A stretch of 61,468 nt of DNA from Acidimicrobiales bacterium (lineage in GTDB: Bacteria > Actinomycetota > Acidimicrobiia > Acidimicrobiales > SZUA-35), in assembly GCA_047971245.1 (NCBI GenBank), contig JBKDZN010000165.1:1-61468 (forward strand), written 5' to 3'. This document shows, piece by piece, positions 10,127-21,949 of the stretch. The position numbers and the translations under genes were made by a program. The notes under the pieces are model-generated. The model had not been told where the DNA came from. It did not search any database and worked only from the letters and a program-made list of their open reading frames with translations. Position 1 is the first letter of the stretch. Every line of letters begins with the position of its first letter.

Positions 10127-10708
10127 ATGTACGACGTCATCATCATCGGCGGCGGGCCCACGGGGGCGAGCGCCGCGATCTTCACCGCCCGGGCCGAGCT
10201 GTCCACCGTGGTCATCGACGCCGACAAGGGCATCACCCGCCGGGCCATGCTGGAGAACCATCTCGGCTTCGCCGATGGCATCACCGGCCCCGAACTGGTC
10301 GACGCCGGTCGGGCCCAGGCGGAACGGTTCGGGGTCACCTGGGTCGAGGACTCCGCCGACCGGCTCGACGACGGGCCGGGCGGCACGTTCGTGGTGGCCA
10401 CCGCCGGTGGGGAAACGGTGGAGGGCCGTCAGGTGATCCTGGCCACCGGGCTCAACCCGGCGTTCGCCAAGAACGCCGGGATCGCGCTCACCGACGGGAC
10501 CGAACCCCGGGTGGCCACCATCGCCGAGGTCGACCCGGACGGGCGGACCAACCGGGCCGGCGTGTGGGCGGCCGGGGCGTTCGCCGGTACCAGCGTCCAC
10601 ACCATCATCACCGCCGGCGACGGGGCCCGGGTGGCCATCAACCTGATCAGCGGGGTGAAGGGCGAACGCTGGGTCGACCACGACGTCCTCCCCACCCCCG
10701 AGGCCTGA
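10127..10708 (+). CDS. Short thioredoxin-reductase-like FAD-binding protein
   Basis: YDVIIIGGGPTG, ILATG, GVWAAG; 193 aa, no Cys; AGGAGG RBS at 10111-10116. Confidence 0.82.
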   Translation: MYDVIIIGGGPTGASAAIFTARAELSTVVIDADKGITRRAMLENHLGFADGITGPELVDAGRAQAERFGVTWVEDSADRLDDGPGGTFVVATAGGETVEGRQVILATGLNPAFAKNAGIALTDGTEPRVATIAEVDPDGRTNRAGVWAAGAFAGTSVHTIITAGDGARVAINLISGVKGERWVDHDVLPTPEA

Positions 10709-10710
10709 AC

Positions 10711-10730
10711 CCCGGGCGACCCCGCCCGGG
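10711..10730 (+). terminator. GC-rich hairpin, possible terminator
   Basis: CCCGGGCG-ACCC-CGCCCGGG perfect 8-bp stem just after the stop codon; only a weak U-tract. Confidence 0.45.
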
Positions 10731-10772
10731 CCTCCGGGGTGGTGTTTGACGGCCCGGACGGGGATACGACAG

Positions 10773-10820
10773 CCTGACGTCACCGCGCCCGGTCGACGCC
10801 CGGTCGACGGTGAGGTCAGG
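10773..10820 (+). promoter_or_regulatory. Inverted repeat enclosing an 11-bp tandem repeat, upstream of LLM gene
   Basis: CCTGACGTCACCG (10773-85) pairs with CGGTGAGGTCAGG (10808-20), 1 mismatch; loop = (CGCCCGGTCGA)x2. Confidence 0.5.
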
Positions 10821-10828
10821 AACGGGGG

Positions 10829-12097
10829 ATGACGGCCATGAAATTCGGGGTGTTCTACGAGATCCAGTTGCCGACGCCACACGTCGACGCCGATGTGACC
10901 AGGATGTTCCAGGAAACCCTGGAGCATGTGGAACTGGCCGAACGGCTCGGGTTCCACTGCGCCTGGGGTGTGGAGCACCACTTCCTGGAGGACCACGCCC
11001 TGTCGTCGGCCCCCGAGGTGTGGTTGGCCGCGGCCGCGGCCCGGACCTCGACGATCCGGATCGGCCAGGGGATCGCCTGTGTCCCACCCGAGTTCACCCA
11101 CCCGGCCCGGCTGGCCGAGCGCATCGCCACCCTCGACCAGGTCTCCCGGGGCCGGGTCGAGTTCGGCACCGGTGAGAGCTCGTCCCGGATGGAGTTGGAG
11201 GCGTTCGGGGTCGACCGGGCCACCAAGCACGACGCCTACCGGGAAACCCTCGAACAGGTCGCCGACATGATGACCATGACCCCGTACCCGGGTCACGACG
11301 GGGCCGCCTTCTCCATGCCGTGCCGCAACATCGTGCCCAAACCGGTGCAGAAGCCCCATCCGCCCCTGTGGGTGGCCGGGAAACCGGAGGTGGCGGCCCG
11401 GTTGGGGATCGGGTGCCTCGGGTTCAACGTGGTCGGCGGCCGCCAGGCCAAGGTCATGGTCGACCGCTACTACGAGACCCTGGCCGTGGACTGTGTACCC
11501 ATCGGCCACGCCGTCAACCCCCAGATGAGCGTGCTGGCCACCATGCACTGCCACGACGACGGCGACGTGGCCCGCCGCCACGGATCGAACCTGCGGTTCT
11601 TCGGGTTCTCGATCGCCAAGTACTACCTCAACGGCCTGGTGCGACCGGGCCGGGACAGTTCCTGGGCCGAGTTCGAGGCCGCCCGCGACGACCTCCCCGA
11701 CCTGGGCGATAGCCCGACCAGCGCCATCGGCACCCCGGACGAGATCCGGGTCCACCTCCGGGCCCTGCAGGCGGCCGGGGTCGACCAGGTGCTCATCATG
11801 CACCAGGGCGGCCGGATGCCCTTCGAGGCCAACTGCGCATCGTTGGAGAAGTTCGCCACCGAGGTCATGCCCGAGTTCGTCGACGGTGAGGACGAGCGGG
11901 AACGGCGGAAGGCCGAGCGTCTCGCCCCGGTGATCGAGGTGGCCATGGCCCGCAAACCGTGGCGGGAGCCGGTACCCGACGACGAGATCCCCACCATCGC
12001 CGCGTACGGCCACTTCAGCCATGTGCCCACCGCCGAGGACGTGGCCCTGGAGGGGGGAACCTCGGCCGAGACCATCGGCGCCCTGGGCATCCGCTGA
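10829..12097 (+). CDS. Luciferase-like (LLM) flavin-dependent monooxygenase; start may be ATG 10838
   Basis: MKFGVFYE, AERLGF..AWGVEHHF, HPARLAERIATLD.VSRGRVEFGTG, PKPVQKPHPPLW. Confidence 0.92.
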   Translation: MTAMKFGVFYEIQLPTPHVDADVTRMFQETLEHVELAERLGFHCAWGVEHHFLEDHALSSAPEVWLAAAAARTSTIRIGQGIACVPPEFTHPARLAERIATLDQVSRGRVEFGTGESSSRMELEAFGVDRATKHDAYRETLEQVADMMTMTPYPGHDGAAFSMPCRNIVPKPVQKPHPPLWVAGKPEVAARLGIGCLGFNVVGGRQAKVMVDRYYETLAVDCVPIGHAVNPQMSVLATMHCHDDGDVARRHGSNLRFFGFSIAKYYLNGLVRPGRDSSWAEFEAARDDLPDLGDSPTSAIGTPDEIRVHLRALQAAGVDQVLIMHQGGRMPFEANCASLEKFATEVMPEFVDGEDERERRKAERLAPVIEVAMARKPWREPVPDDEIPTIAAYGHFSHVPTAEDVALEGGTSAETIGALGIR

Positions 12098-12118
12098 CCC
12101 GCGCTTCGCCCCGGGCCG

Positions 12119-12166
12119 CCCCGAACCGCGCTCCACCCCGAACCGCGCTCCACCCCGAACCGCTCC
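12119..12166 (+). repeat. 17-bp tandem repeat CCCCGAACCGCGCTCCA, about 2.8 copies
   Basis: Exact copies at 12119-35 and 12136-52; degenerate third copy at 12153-66. Confidence 0.85.
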
Positions 12167-12173
12167 GATTCTT

Positions 12174-12237
12174 AGTTGCATGATGCTACTTTGGGGTGCC
12201 ATCATCATCGCATGCCCCTGCATTGCATCAAACAACT
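12174..12237. promoter_or_regulatory. Putative operator pair upstream of MFS gene
   Basis: AGTTGCA-TGA-TGCTACT near-palindrome (12174-90); related ATTGCA-TCA-AACAACT (12222-37); AT-rich island. Confidence 0.55.
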
Positions 12238-12252
12238 CAGGCGGGTCGGTCG

Positions 12253-13662
12253 GTGACCGGGCGGAGTGAGCGCAACGCTCGCCGCACCCTGACCATCGCG
12301 TCCCTGGCCACCCTGGCCACCTTCCTCGACACCACCGTCCTGTTCGTGGCCTTCCCGGACATCTCCGCCACCTTCGCCGGTTCGGCCCCGGCCACCCTCT
12401 CCTGGGTGCTGAACGGGTACACGATCGTGTTCGCCGCCCTGCTCATCCCGGCCGGGAAACTCGCCGACCGTGTCGGGCACCGGCGGGCGTTCCTGGCCGG
12501 TTCGGCCCTGTTCACCGCTGCGTCGATGGCGTGCGGCCTGGCCCCGACGGTGGAGCTGTTGATCCTGTTCCGGGTCGTTCAGGCCATCGGGGCCGCGGCC
12601 CTGATCCCGTCGTCGCTGGCGCTGGTCATGCACGCCTTCCCCCACGACCAGCTGCCGCGGGCGGTGGCCATCTGGGGGGCGGCCGGGGCGGTGGCCGGTG
12701 CCCTCGGACCGACCCTCGGCGCGGCCATCGTCGAGGGCCTGGGTTGGCGCTGGGCGTTCTTCATCAACCTCCCCGTCGGTCTCTACACCGTGATCGCCGG
12801 GCGGCGGACCCTCACCGAATCCTCCGACCCCAGCACCCGGGTGCCCTCCCTGACCGGCGTGGTCCTCATCGCCGCCGCCGCCGGCCTGCTGTCGTACGGG
12901 ATGGTGGTCTCCGAGGAGTACGGCTGGGCCGGTTCCCGCACGGTGGCGGCCGTCCTCGCCGGGCTCGTCCTGCTCGCCGTGTTCGTGGTGCAGCAGAGCC
13001 GGAGCGCGGCGCCGGCGCTCAACCTGGAGCTGTTCCGGCTCCCCAACGTGGCCTGGGGCAACCTGGCCATGCTGGTGTTCGGCACCGCCTTCTCGGCCCT
13101 GTTCTTCGGGTCGATCCTGTTCCTCACCCAGGTCTGGGGCTGGTCGATCCTGCAGGCCGGCCTCGGGGTGGCCGCCGGCCCGGTCATGGTGGGGATGATC
13201 ACCCCGTTCGCCGGGCGTCTGGCCGGACGGATCGGGCAACGGCCCCTGCTCCTGGCCGGCGGTCTGTTCTTCGCCTCCAGCGGGCTGTACCGCCTGGTCT
13301 TCCTGACCACCGAATCCCGCTACCTGGTCGACTACTTCCCGTCGATGGTCCTCAGCGGGATCGGGGTCGCCTTCGTGTTCCCCCAACTGTCGAGTGTGAT
13401 CGCCCAGGCCCTCCCGGCCAACCGGCGCGGGGTGGGCGGCGCCGCCCTGCAGGCGGCCCGCCAGTTCGGCGGCACCTTCGGTGTGGCCCTCACCATCGCC
13501 CTGGTCAGTGCCCACCTGGGACCCGACCCCCTGGCCGTGTTCGACCGGGTCTGGTGGCTCATCGTCGGGGCCGGGGTGGCCACGTCGCTGCTCGTCCTGC
13601 CCATGCACACCCGGCCCGCCCCGGTGGTCACCGCCACCCAAGCCGCCCCCACCCCGGCCTGA
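12253..13662 (+). CDS. MFS efflux transporter (DHA2/EmrB-QacA type, about 14 TM)
   Basis: FLDTTV, WVLNGY, GKLADRVGHRR (motif A), FRVVQAIG, LGPTLG, WRWAFFINLPVG. Confidence 0.92.
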   Translation: MTGRSERNARRTLTIASLATLATFLDTTVLFVAFPDISATFAGSAPATLSWVLNGYTIVFAALLIPAGKLADRVGHRRAFLAGSALFTAASMACGLAPTVELLILFRVVQAIGAAALIPSSLALVMHAFPHDQLPRAVAIWGAAGAVAGALGPTLGAAIVEGLGWRWAFFINLPVGLYTVIAGRRTLTESSDPSTRVPSLTGVVLIAAAAGLLSYGMVVSEEYGWAGSRTVAAVLAGLVLLAVFVVQQSRSAAPALNLELFRLPNVAWGNLAMLVFGTAFSALFFGSILFLTQVWGWSILQAGLGVAAGPVMVGMITPFAGRLAGRIGQRPLLLAGGLFFASSGLYRLVFLTTESRYLVDYFPSMVLSGIGVAFVFPQLSSVIAQALPANRRGVGGAALQAARQFGGTFGVALTIALVSAHLGPDPLAVFDRVWWLIVGAGVATSLLVLPMHTRPAPVVTATQAAPTPA

Positions 13663-13676
13663 GGGCCGGGCGGCCC

Positions 13677-13705
13677 CCGGCCCCCGGGCGGACCCCGGGG
13701 GCCGG
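13677..13705. terminator. Bidirectional terminator-like hairpin between convergent MFS and gdhA
   Basis: Perfect 12-bp stem CCGGCCCCCGGG / CCCGGGGGCCGG, 5-nt loop. Confidence 0.7.
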
Positions 13706-13711
13706 AGCCGG

Positions 13712-16220
<2,509 letters not shown>

Positions 16221-16319
16221 CCCTGGAGGGTAGGGGGACAGGCCGACGGGACGGCCGGTGTCCGGTCAAAACGCCGATGTTCGACGCGGTGGGCCGCCGA
16301 CCCGCCATCATGGACCCCT

Positions 16320-17372
16320 ATGAGCCTTGTCCGTCGGGTCTTGGGGCCGGTCGTCCGACCGGCCCGTCGGGTGGTACGTGCCGGTCGGGTGTCGGCCCAC
16401 AATCTGGTGCAGGGCGACCGCGCCGTGAGGGAGCAGCTCGACGCCTCGAGCCATCAGCTCGAGGTGATCGAGCAGACGGTGAGCTCCGGCAACCAGACGT
16501 TCAACGACCATCTCGCCCTCCAGGCGGCCACCCTGCGCCGGGTCCAGAGCGAGCTCGACGCGTTCCGGGCCGAGCTGGTCGAGATGCGCAAGGCGGTGGC
16601 CGGCCGGCTGCCCCCGCCCCAGGCCGGTGACGCCGTCGGCGCCCGGCTGGCCGATATCGACGACCCCACCGCCTGGTTCCTCAACTACGCCGGTTCCCAC
16701 CTCGGCCCCATGGCCGACGCCGGCTGGTGGATCAATCACCCGCTGGTCATGGAGTGGCGGCGGGGCCAGGTGGGCCTCGGCGCGGTCAACGAGCGGATCA
16801 TGGAGCAACCCTTCGTGTTCGCCGCGGTGGCCGGCCTCGCTCCCGGCTCACGGGTCCTCGACATCGGCGGGGCCGAGAGCACCGTCGGGTTCTCGCTGGC
16901 CTCCCTCGGTTACGACGTGACCGTCATCGAGCCCCAGGGCTATCCCTTCACCCACCCCAACCTCACCGTGTTCGAGCAGCCGCTCGAGGCGTTCCAACCC
17001 GAAGCGCCCTTCGACGCCGTCATCCTGCTCTCCACCATCGAACACTTCGGGATCGGCAGCTACGCGGGTGGCCCCGAACCGGATCCCGACGCCGACCTGA
17101 CCGCCATGGCCACCATCCGGGGCTGGACCGCCGACCGGGGTCTGCTTGTGCTGACCACCCCGTACGGGCCGGCCGCGGTCACCGAACTGGAACGGATCTA
17201 CGATCGGGCCCGGCTCGACAAGCTGCTGTCGGGCTGGACGGTCCGCAACGCCCTCATCGGCCGCCGGGTCGACGCCACCACCTGGACCCTCGAGGCCGAC
17301 GAGCTGATCGATCCGCCCGGGCCGGGACGGGTGGTGATGGTGGTGGCCTCCCCCGATCCTCAGCTCTCGTGA
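16320..17372 (+). CDS. Coiled-coil plus SAM-methyltransferase-like protein (DUF268-like)
   Basis: Basic amphipathic N-terminus, heptad-like helix (LRRVQSELDAFRAELVEMRK), NERIMEQPF, VLDIGGAES, LSTIEHFG; GTGA overlap with next gene. Confidence 0.75.
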   Translation: MSLVRRVLGPVVRPARRVVRAGRVSAHNLVQGDRAVREQLDASSHQLEVIEQTVSSGNQTFNDHLALQAATLRRVQSELDAFRAELVEMRKAVAGRLPPPQAGDAVGARLADIDDPTAWFLNYAGSHLGPMADAGWWINHPLVMEWRRGQVGLGAVNERIMEQPFVFAAVAGLAPGSRVLDIGGAESTVGFSLASLGYDVTVIEPQGYPFTHPNLTVFEQPLEAFQPEAPFDAVILLSTIEHFGIGSYAGGPEPDPDADLTAMATIRGWTADRGLLVLTTPYGPAAVTELERIYDRARLDKLLSGWTVRNALIGRRVDATTWTLEADELIDPPGPGRVVMVVASPDPQLS

Positions 17373-19726
17373 CCGTCGTCTACGACCTGCTCGGCTTCCA
17401 GAACCGGGACCACGGCGAACGGGGCATCGCCCGCTACGTGCTCCACCTGGCGCTGGCCATCGAGCGGCACGACCCCCACCTGATCAGCCAGTACCTGGTC
17501 CACCCCAGGCTCCCGTTCCCGCCCGGGGCGGAGGCGTTGCTGGCCACCGGGAAGGTGGTGCGAACCGACCGGCGGGAGGCCAGCCGGGCCCCGGCCGCCG
17601 GGGGCGTCTACATCGCCCCGTCCCTGTTCGAGAAGTTGGGGGACCGGGTCGACTACGTCTACCCGGCCTGGGCCCGGGCGCCGGCCTGGCGATCGGTGGC
17701 CGTCGTCTACGACCTGATCCCCGCCCTCTACCCGGCGTGGTACCTGAGCCATCCCCTGGCCGCGTACTCCTACCCGGTCCGAACGGCCACCCTGGCCGCG
17801 GTCGATCACCTGCTGGCCATCTCCGAAGCCACCGCGGCCGACGCCGCCGGCCTGCTCGGCGTGGAACGCGACCGGATCACCGTCATCAACGCCGGGGCCG
17901 ACGAACGGTTCGCCCCCGCCGACCGGCCGGCCGCCGAGGTGGCCGCCGAGTTGGCCACCTCGGGTCGGGTACCCGGCCTCCGGCCGGGCTACCTGCTGCT
18001 CCCCACCGGGATCGACCCCCGGAAGAACGTCGAGGTCTCGATCGAGGCCTACGGCCGGCTCGACCCCGCCCTGCGCCGGGCCCACCAGCTCGTCGTGACC
18101 TGTCGCCTCGACGACAACGGGCGCGACCTGCTCGACGACCTGGCCGCCACCTACGGGGTGACCGACGATCTCCTGGCCACCGGGTTCGTGTCCGACGCCG
18201 ATCTGGTCACCATGTACCAGGGGGCGCACCTGGTCGCCTTCACCTCCCTCTACGAGGGGTTCGGGCTACCGGTGCTCGAAGCCATGCAGTGCGGCGCCCC
18301 GGTGATCTGTTCCGACACGTCGTCGCTGGTCGAGGTCCAGACCGACCCCGAGGCCCGCTTCGACCCGTCCTCGGCGGATGCCGTCGCCGCCGCCTACCGC
18401 CGCGGTCTCACCGACGAGGCGTTCCGGCAACGCCTGATCGACCAGGTTCCCCCCGACTACAGCTGGGACGATTCGGCCGCCCGGACCATCCCGGTCATCG
18501 AACGGCTCTACGCCGAGACGGTGAGCCGACCCGCCGGCCTGCCCCGGCCCCGTCTGGCCGTGGTGACCCCCCTGCCCCCCCAGGGTTCGGGGATCGCCAC
18601 CTACGCGGCCCGGCTGCTCGCCTACCTCCCCCGGTTCGCCGAGATCACCGTGTTCACCGACGCCGCAGCCGACGGTGAACCCGACGCCCACCCGATTCCC
18701 AGCGTCGAGATCCAGACCATCGACCGGTTCGACGCCATCGCCCAGGGCGGCGGCGCGTTCGACCAGGTCGTCTACTTCCTGGGGAACAGCCAGTTCCACG
18801 TGAGCGCCCTCGAACTGCTGCGCCGCCAACCCGGCGTGGTGCTGTTCCACGAGGCCCGCCTCACCAACCTCTACAACCATCTGTGGCGCCGCGACCCGGA
18901 GCGCCTTGTCGGTGAGACCGTGGGCGGGCATCTGGCCGAGTGGTATCCCGACCGGTACCAGCCGTGGATCGAGGAGCTCGACACCATCGAGCCGCCCCTG
19001 GCCCAACGATTCGGGATCCTGATGGCCCGGGAGGTGACCGACGCGGCCAGCCGGGTGCTGGTCCATTCGGCGTACGCGGCCGCCCTGCTCGACATCGACA
19101 CCGGTGTCTGCGCCGACGTCGTGTTCCCCCAGCCGTGCCCGGACATCGGGCCGGCGGTCCGGGCATCGGCGGGCCGGGGGGAGGTGCCGGAGCCCACCAT
19201 CCGGACCTTTGGCATCGTCGACCCGGTCAAGGCGCCCGAACGGATCGTGGCCGCCCTGCCTCTCATCCGCGACCGGGTGCCCGGGGCCACCCTCGACATC
19301 GTCGGCCTGATCGCGCCCGCCCACCAGCGGGCCCTGCAGGATCAGGCCGGCGCGGCCGGGGTGGGCGACGCGGTCAGTTTCACCGGATCGATCGGTGACG
19401 CCGAGTTCGCCCGCCTCCAGGAGGAGACGGCGGTGGCGGTCCAGCTCCGGGTGGCCACCAACGGGGAGTCGTCCGCCGCGGTGGCCGAACTCCTCGCCCG
19501 TGGCGTCCCCACCGTGGTCAGCGACCTCGGCCCGGCCCACGAGTACCCACCGGACGTGGTGGCGGCCGTGCCCGGCCTGGTGGAACCGGCCGAACTGGCC
19601 GACACCGTGGTGGCCCTTCTCACCGACCCGGACCGCCGGGCCGCGGTCGTGGAGGCATCGGTGGCCTACGCCCGCAGCCACACCTTCGCCGCGGCCGCCG
19701 AGATCCTGGCCAAGACCGTGCTGTGA
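17369..19726 (+). CDS. Tandem two-domain GT4 (GT-B) glycosyltransferase
   Basis: Domain 1: RGIARY, YDLIP, DPRKN, SLYEGFGLPVLEAM. Domain 2: VTPLPPQGSGIATY, GNSQFH, FGIVDPVK, GESSAAVAE. Confidence 0.9.
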   Translation: MTVVYDLLGFQNRDHGERGIARYVLHLALAIERHDPHLISQYLVHPRLPFPPGAEALLATGKVVRTDRREASRAPAAGGVYIAPSLFEKLGDRVDYVYPAWARAPAWRSVAVVYDLIPALYPAWYLSHPLAAYSYPVRTATLAAVDHLLAISEATAADAAGLLGVERDRITVINAGADERFAPADRPAAEVAAELATSGRVPGLRPGYLLLPTGIDPRKNVEVSIEAYGRLDPALRRAHQLVVTCRLDDNGRDLLDDLAATYGVTDDLLATGFVSDADLVTMYQGAHLVAFTSLYEGFGLPVLEAMQCGAPVICSDTSSLVEVQTDPEARFDPSSADAVAAAYRRGLTDEAFRQRLIDQVPPDYSWDDSAARTIPVIERLYAETVSRPAGLPRPRLAVVTPLPPQGSGIATYAARLLAYLPRFAEITVFTDAAADGEPDAHPIPSVEIQTIDRFDAIAQGGGAFDQVVYFLGNSQFHVSALELLRRQPGVVLFHEARLTNLYNHLWRRDPERLVGETVGGHLAEWYPDRYQPWIEELDTIEPPLAQRFGILMAREVTDAASRVLVHSAYAAALLDIDTGVCADVVFPQPCPDIGPAVRASAGRGEVPEPTIRTFGIVDPVKAPERIVAALPLIRDRVPGATLDIVGLIAPAHQRALQDQAGAAGVGDAVSFTGSIGDAEFARLQEETAVAVQLRVATNGESSAAVAELLARGVPTVVSDLGPAHEYPPDVVAAVPGLVEPAELADTVVALLTDPDRRAAVVEASVAYARSHTFAAAAEILAKTVL

Positions 19727-19744
19727 GCCCCGGCTAGCCCCTGT

Positions 19745-21025
19745 TTAGTCGCCGGGAACGAACGAGAGGTCCATGGCCACCGGCCCGTAGACGACCCCGC
19801 CGGTGCCCACCTCGAACGAGACCTTCTGCTGGTGACGGTCGTACTCGGCGGTCTCGTCGGGGCGTTGGAGCACGATGGTGATCAGGTAGGTGCCGTCCGC
19901 GAGGGGCAGATCGTCGATCACGAACGAGAACGTGCCCTCACCGTCGGTGGGGCCGAGGTCGGCGGCGTTGAGATCGTAGGAGGAGATGTTGAGCAGCTGC
20001 ATCCCGTCGGCCGCGTGCAGGATGAGACGGGCGCGGATGGGCAGCGGCCCGGTGGTGCGGTAGTGGCCCCGGATCGCGACCGTGTCACCGGGTTCGAAGG
20101 TGAGATGCCCCCGGGGCGGGGGTTCGACGCCGACCCCGAGGATCTCCACCGGGGGAGCGTCCGGGTCGATCGCGGTGGCGGCCACCTCGTCGGCCATGTC
20201 GTCGTGGGGGACCTCGTGGCCCGCCTCGGCCAGGGACCGCCGGTAGATGGCCACGGCCTCGTTGACATCCCCCAGGTGGATCACCTGGCCGTGATCGAGC
20301 ACGACGGCCCGGTCGCACAGGTGGCGGACCATCTCGGGGGAGTGGGTGACCAGGCAGATCGTCCGCCCCGCGGCCTGGAAACCGCGGACCCGTTGGATGC
20401 ACTTGCGCTGGAAGGCCTCGTCGCCGACGGCGAGGACCTCGTCGATCAGCAGCACGTCGGGTTCGACGTTGACGGCCACCGCGAACCCGAGCCGGGCGTA
20501 CATCCCCGAGCTGTAGTGCTTGACCTGGGTGTCGATGAATTCCTCGAGCCCGGCGAAGGCCACGATGTCGTCGAACATCTCGTCGATCCGGGCCTTCGGG
20601 AACCCGAGGATCGACCCGTTGAGGTACACGTTCTCCCGCCCGGTCAGATCGGGGTGGAAGCCGGCGCCCAGCTCCAACAGGGCCGAGAGCCGTCCCCGCA
20701 CCCTGACCATGCCCTGGCTGGGACGGATGGTGCCGGCCACACACTTCAACAGGGTGCTCTTGCCCGACCCGTTGTGGCCGAGGATGCCGAACGTCTCCCC
20801 GACCTTCACCTCGAAGCGGACATTGCTGAGGGCGTCGAAGGTGTCGGTGGTGGACCGCCGGAAGGTGAGCACCCGCTCCTTGAGGGTCTTGGACGGTTCG
20901 GAGTGCTTGCGGAACGTCTTGGTGACGTCGAGCACCTCGATGGCGGCCGGCTGGTCCTCGGGCGGTTCCCCGGCGCCGGCACCGTTGGTGGCCGCCCGAG
21001 CGGGGTGTTCGACGGTGTCGCTCAC
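19745..21025 (-). CDS. wzt: Polysaccharide ABC exporter ATPase with C-terminal Wzt_C domain
   Basis: GHNGSGKS, LELGAGFHPDLTGRENV, YSSGMYARLGF, DEVLAVGDEAFQRKC; C-terminal extension containing LADGTY. Confidence 0.92.
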   Translation of the reverse strand: MSDTVEHPARAATNGAGAGEPPEDQPAAIEVLDVTKTFRKHSEPSKTLKERVLTFRRSTTDTFDALSNVRFEVKVGETFGILGHNGSGKSTLLKCVAGTIRPSQGMVRVRGRLSALLELGAGFHPDLTGRENVYLNGSILGFPKARIDEMFDDIVAFAGLEEFIDTQVKHYSSGMYARLGFAVAVNVEPDVLLIDEVLAVGDEAFQRKCIQRVRGFQAAGRTICLVTHSPEMVRHLCDRAVVLDHGQVIHLGDVNEAVAIYRRSLAEAGHEVPHDDMADEVAATAIDPDAPPVEILGVGVEPPPRGHLTFEPGDTVAIRGHYRTTGPLPIRARLILHAADGMQLLNISSYDLNAADLGPTDGEGTFSFVIDDLPLADGTYLITIVLQRPDETAEYDRHQQKVSFEVGTGGVVYGPVAMDLSFVPGD

Positions 21026-21942
21026 AGTTCCTCTCCCAGGTTGGCTTCGAGGCGGGTGAACACCTTGAAGCCGAGGTACAGCAGGGCGATCGCGATGGCC
21101 GCCCCGATGCCGAGGTTGGTCAGGTACCACGAGGTGGGCCGCAGGAGCAGGGCGAAGTGCTCCTCCTGGGTGGTGGCCGGGAAGTTGGTGGGGGTGTACA
21201 CCGTGCGCTGGAAGGTGGTGACCACCGGGATCATGGGGTTGAGCATGGCCAGGCGCTCCGCCCCGGGTCCGAACTTGTCGATCAGGCCCCGGCCCATGAA
21301 GTCATACGCGTAGACGATCGGGGTGAACCAGAACCAGGTCAGCAATCCGAGCTCGAGGAAATGCTGCACATCGCGGTAGTACACGTTGAGGCTCGACAGC
21401 AGCAGGCCGAGCCCGGTGGCCAGGATCAGGGTGACGGCCAGGGCGGGCAGGGTGAGCCACAGCATGCGCCACTCCGGGGCCTGGCGGAAGATGATCAGAC
21501 CCACGGCGAGGATGGTGAGCTGGAAGAAGAAGGTGATGAGGTTGGCCCCGATGGCGGCCAACGGCAGGATCTCGCGGGGAAACCACACCTTCTGCACCAG
21601 CGGTCCGTTACCGGTGATGGAGGTGGTGGCGGCGGTGAGGCCCACCTGGAACAGGTTGAACGCCAGCAACCCCGACAGGAGCAGCAACCCGTAACGGGGC
21701 ACCGTGGATCGGAGCACCAGGCCGAACACCACGCTGAACACCGCCAGGTAGAGCAAGGGGTTCAGCAGGGTCCAGAAGAACCCGAGGATGCTGTCTTTGT
21801 ATTTGACCTTGAGCTCCCGGCGAACGAGGTTGCCGAGCAGTTCCCGGTAGTTCCAGATGTCGCGGACCCGTCCGAGGAAGTGGGGCGGGCGATTGCCGTT
21901 TTCCAGCAGCGGCGGCAGATCGTCTTGACGCAGCGCAGTCAT
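21022..21942 (-). CDS. wzm: Polysaccharide ABC exporter permease
   Basis: RELKVKYKDSILGFFWTLLNPL, KVWFPRE, YYRDVQH, FTPIVY, LNPM; GTGA-coupled to wzt. Confidence 0.93.
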   Translation of the reverse strand: MTALRQDDLPPLLENGNRPPHFLGRVRDIWNYRELLGNLVRRELKVKYKDSILGFFWTLLNPLLYLAVFSVVFGLVLRSTVPRYGLLLLSGLLAFNLFQVGLTAATTSITGNGPLVQKVWFPREILPLAAIGANLITFFFQLTILAVGLIIFRQAPEWRMLWLTLPALAVTLILATGLGLLLSSLNVYYRDVQHFLELGLLTWFWFTPIVYAYDFMGRGLIDKFGPGAERLAMLNPMIPVVTTFQRTVYTPTNFPATTQEEHFALLLRPTSWYLTNLGIGAAIAIALLYLGFKVFTRLEANLGEEL

Positions 21943-21949
21943 GAGAGGT

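Noticed and set aside
12119..12166. Possible CRISPR array (also considered for the 32650 and secD repeats)
   Set aside because: Repeats are contiguous, without unique spacers, and no cas genes are present.
10082..12235. 717-aa minus-strand ORF and many similar long overlapping ORFs (e.g. 3566-5140, 25345-27312, 29672-31441, 33167-35449, 41713-43632)
   Set aside because: Shadow frames of well-supported genes; stop codons are scarce at this GC content and the translations have no family motifs.
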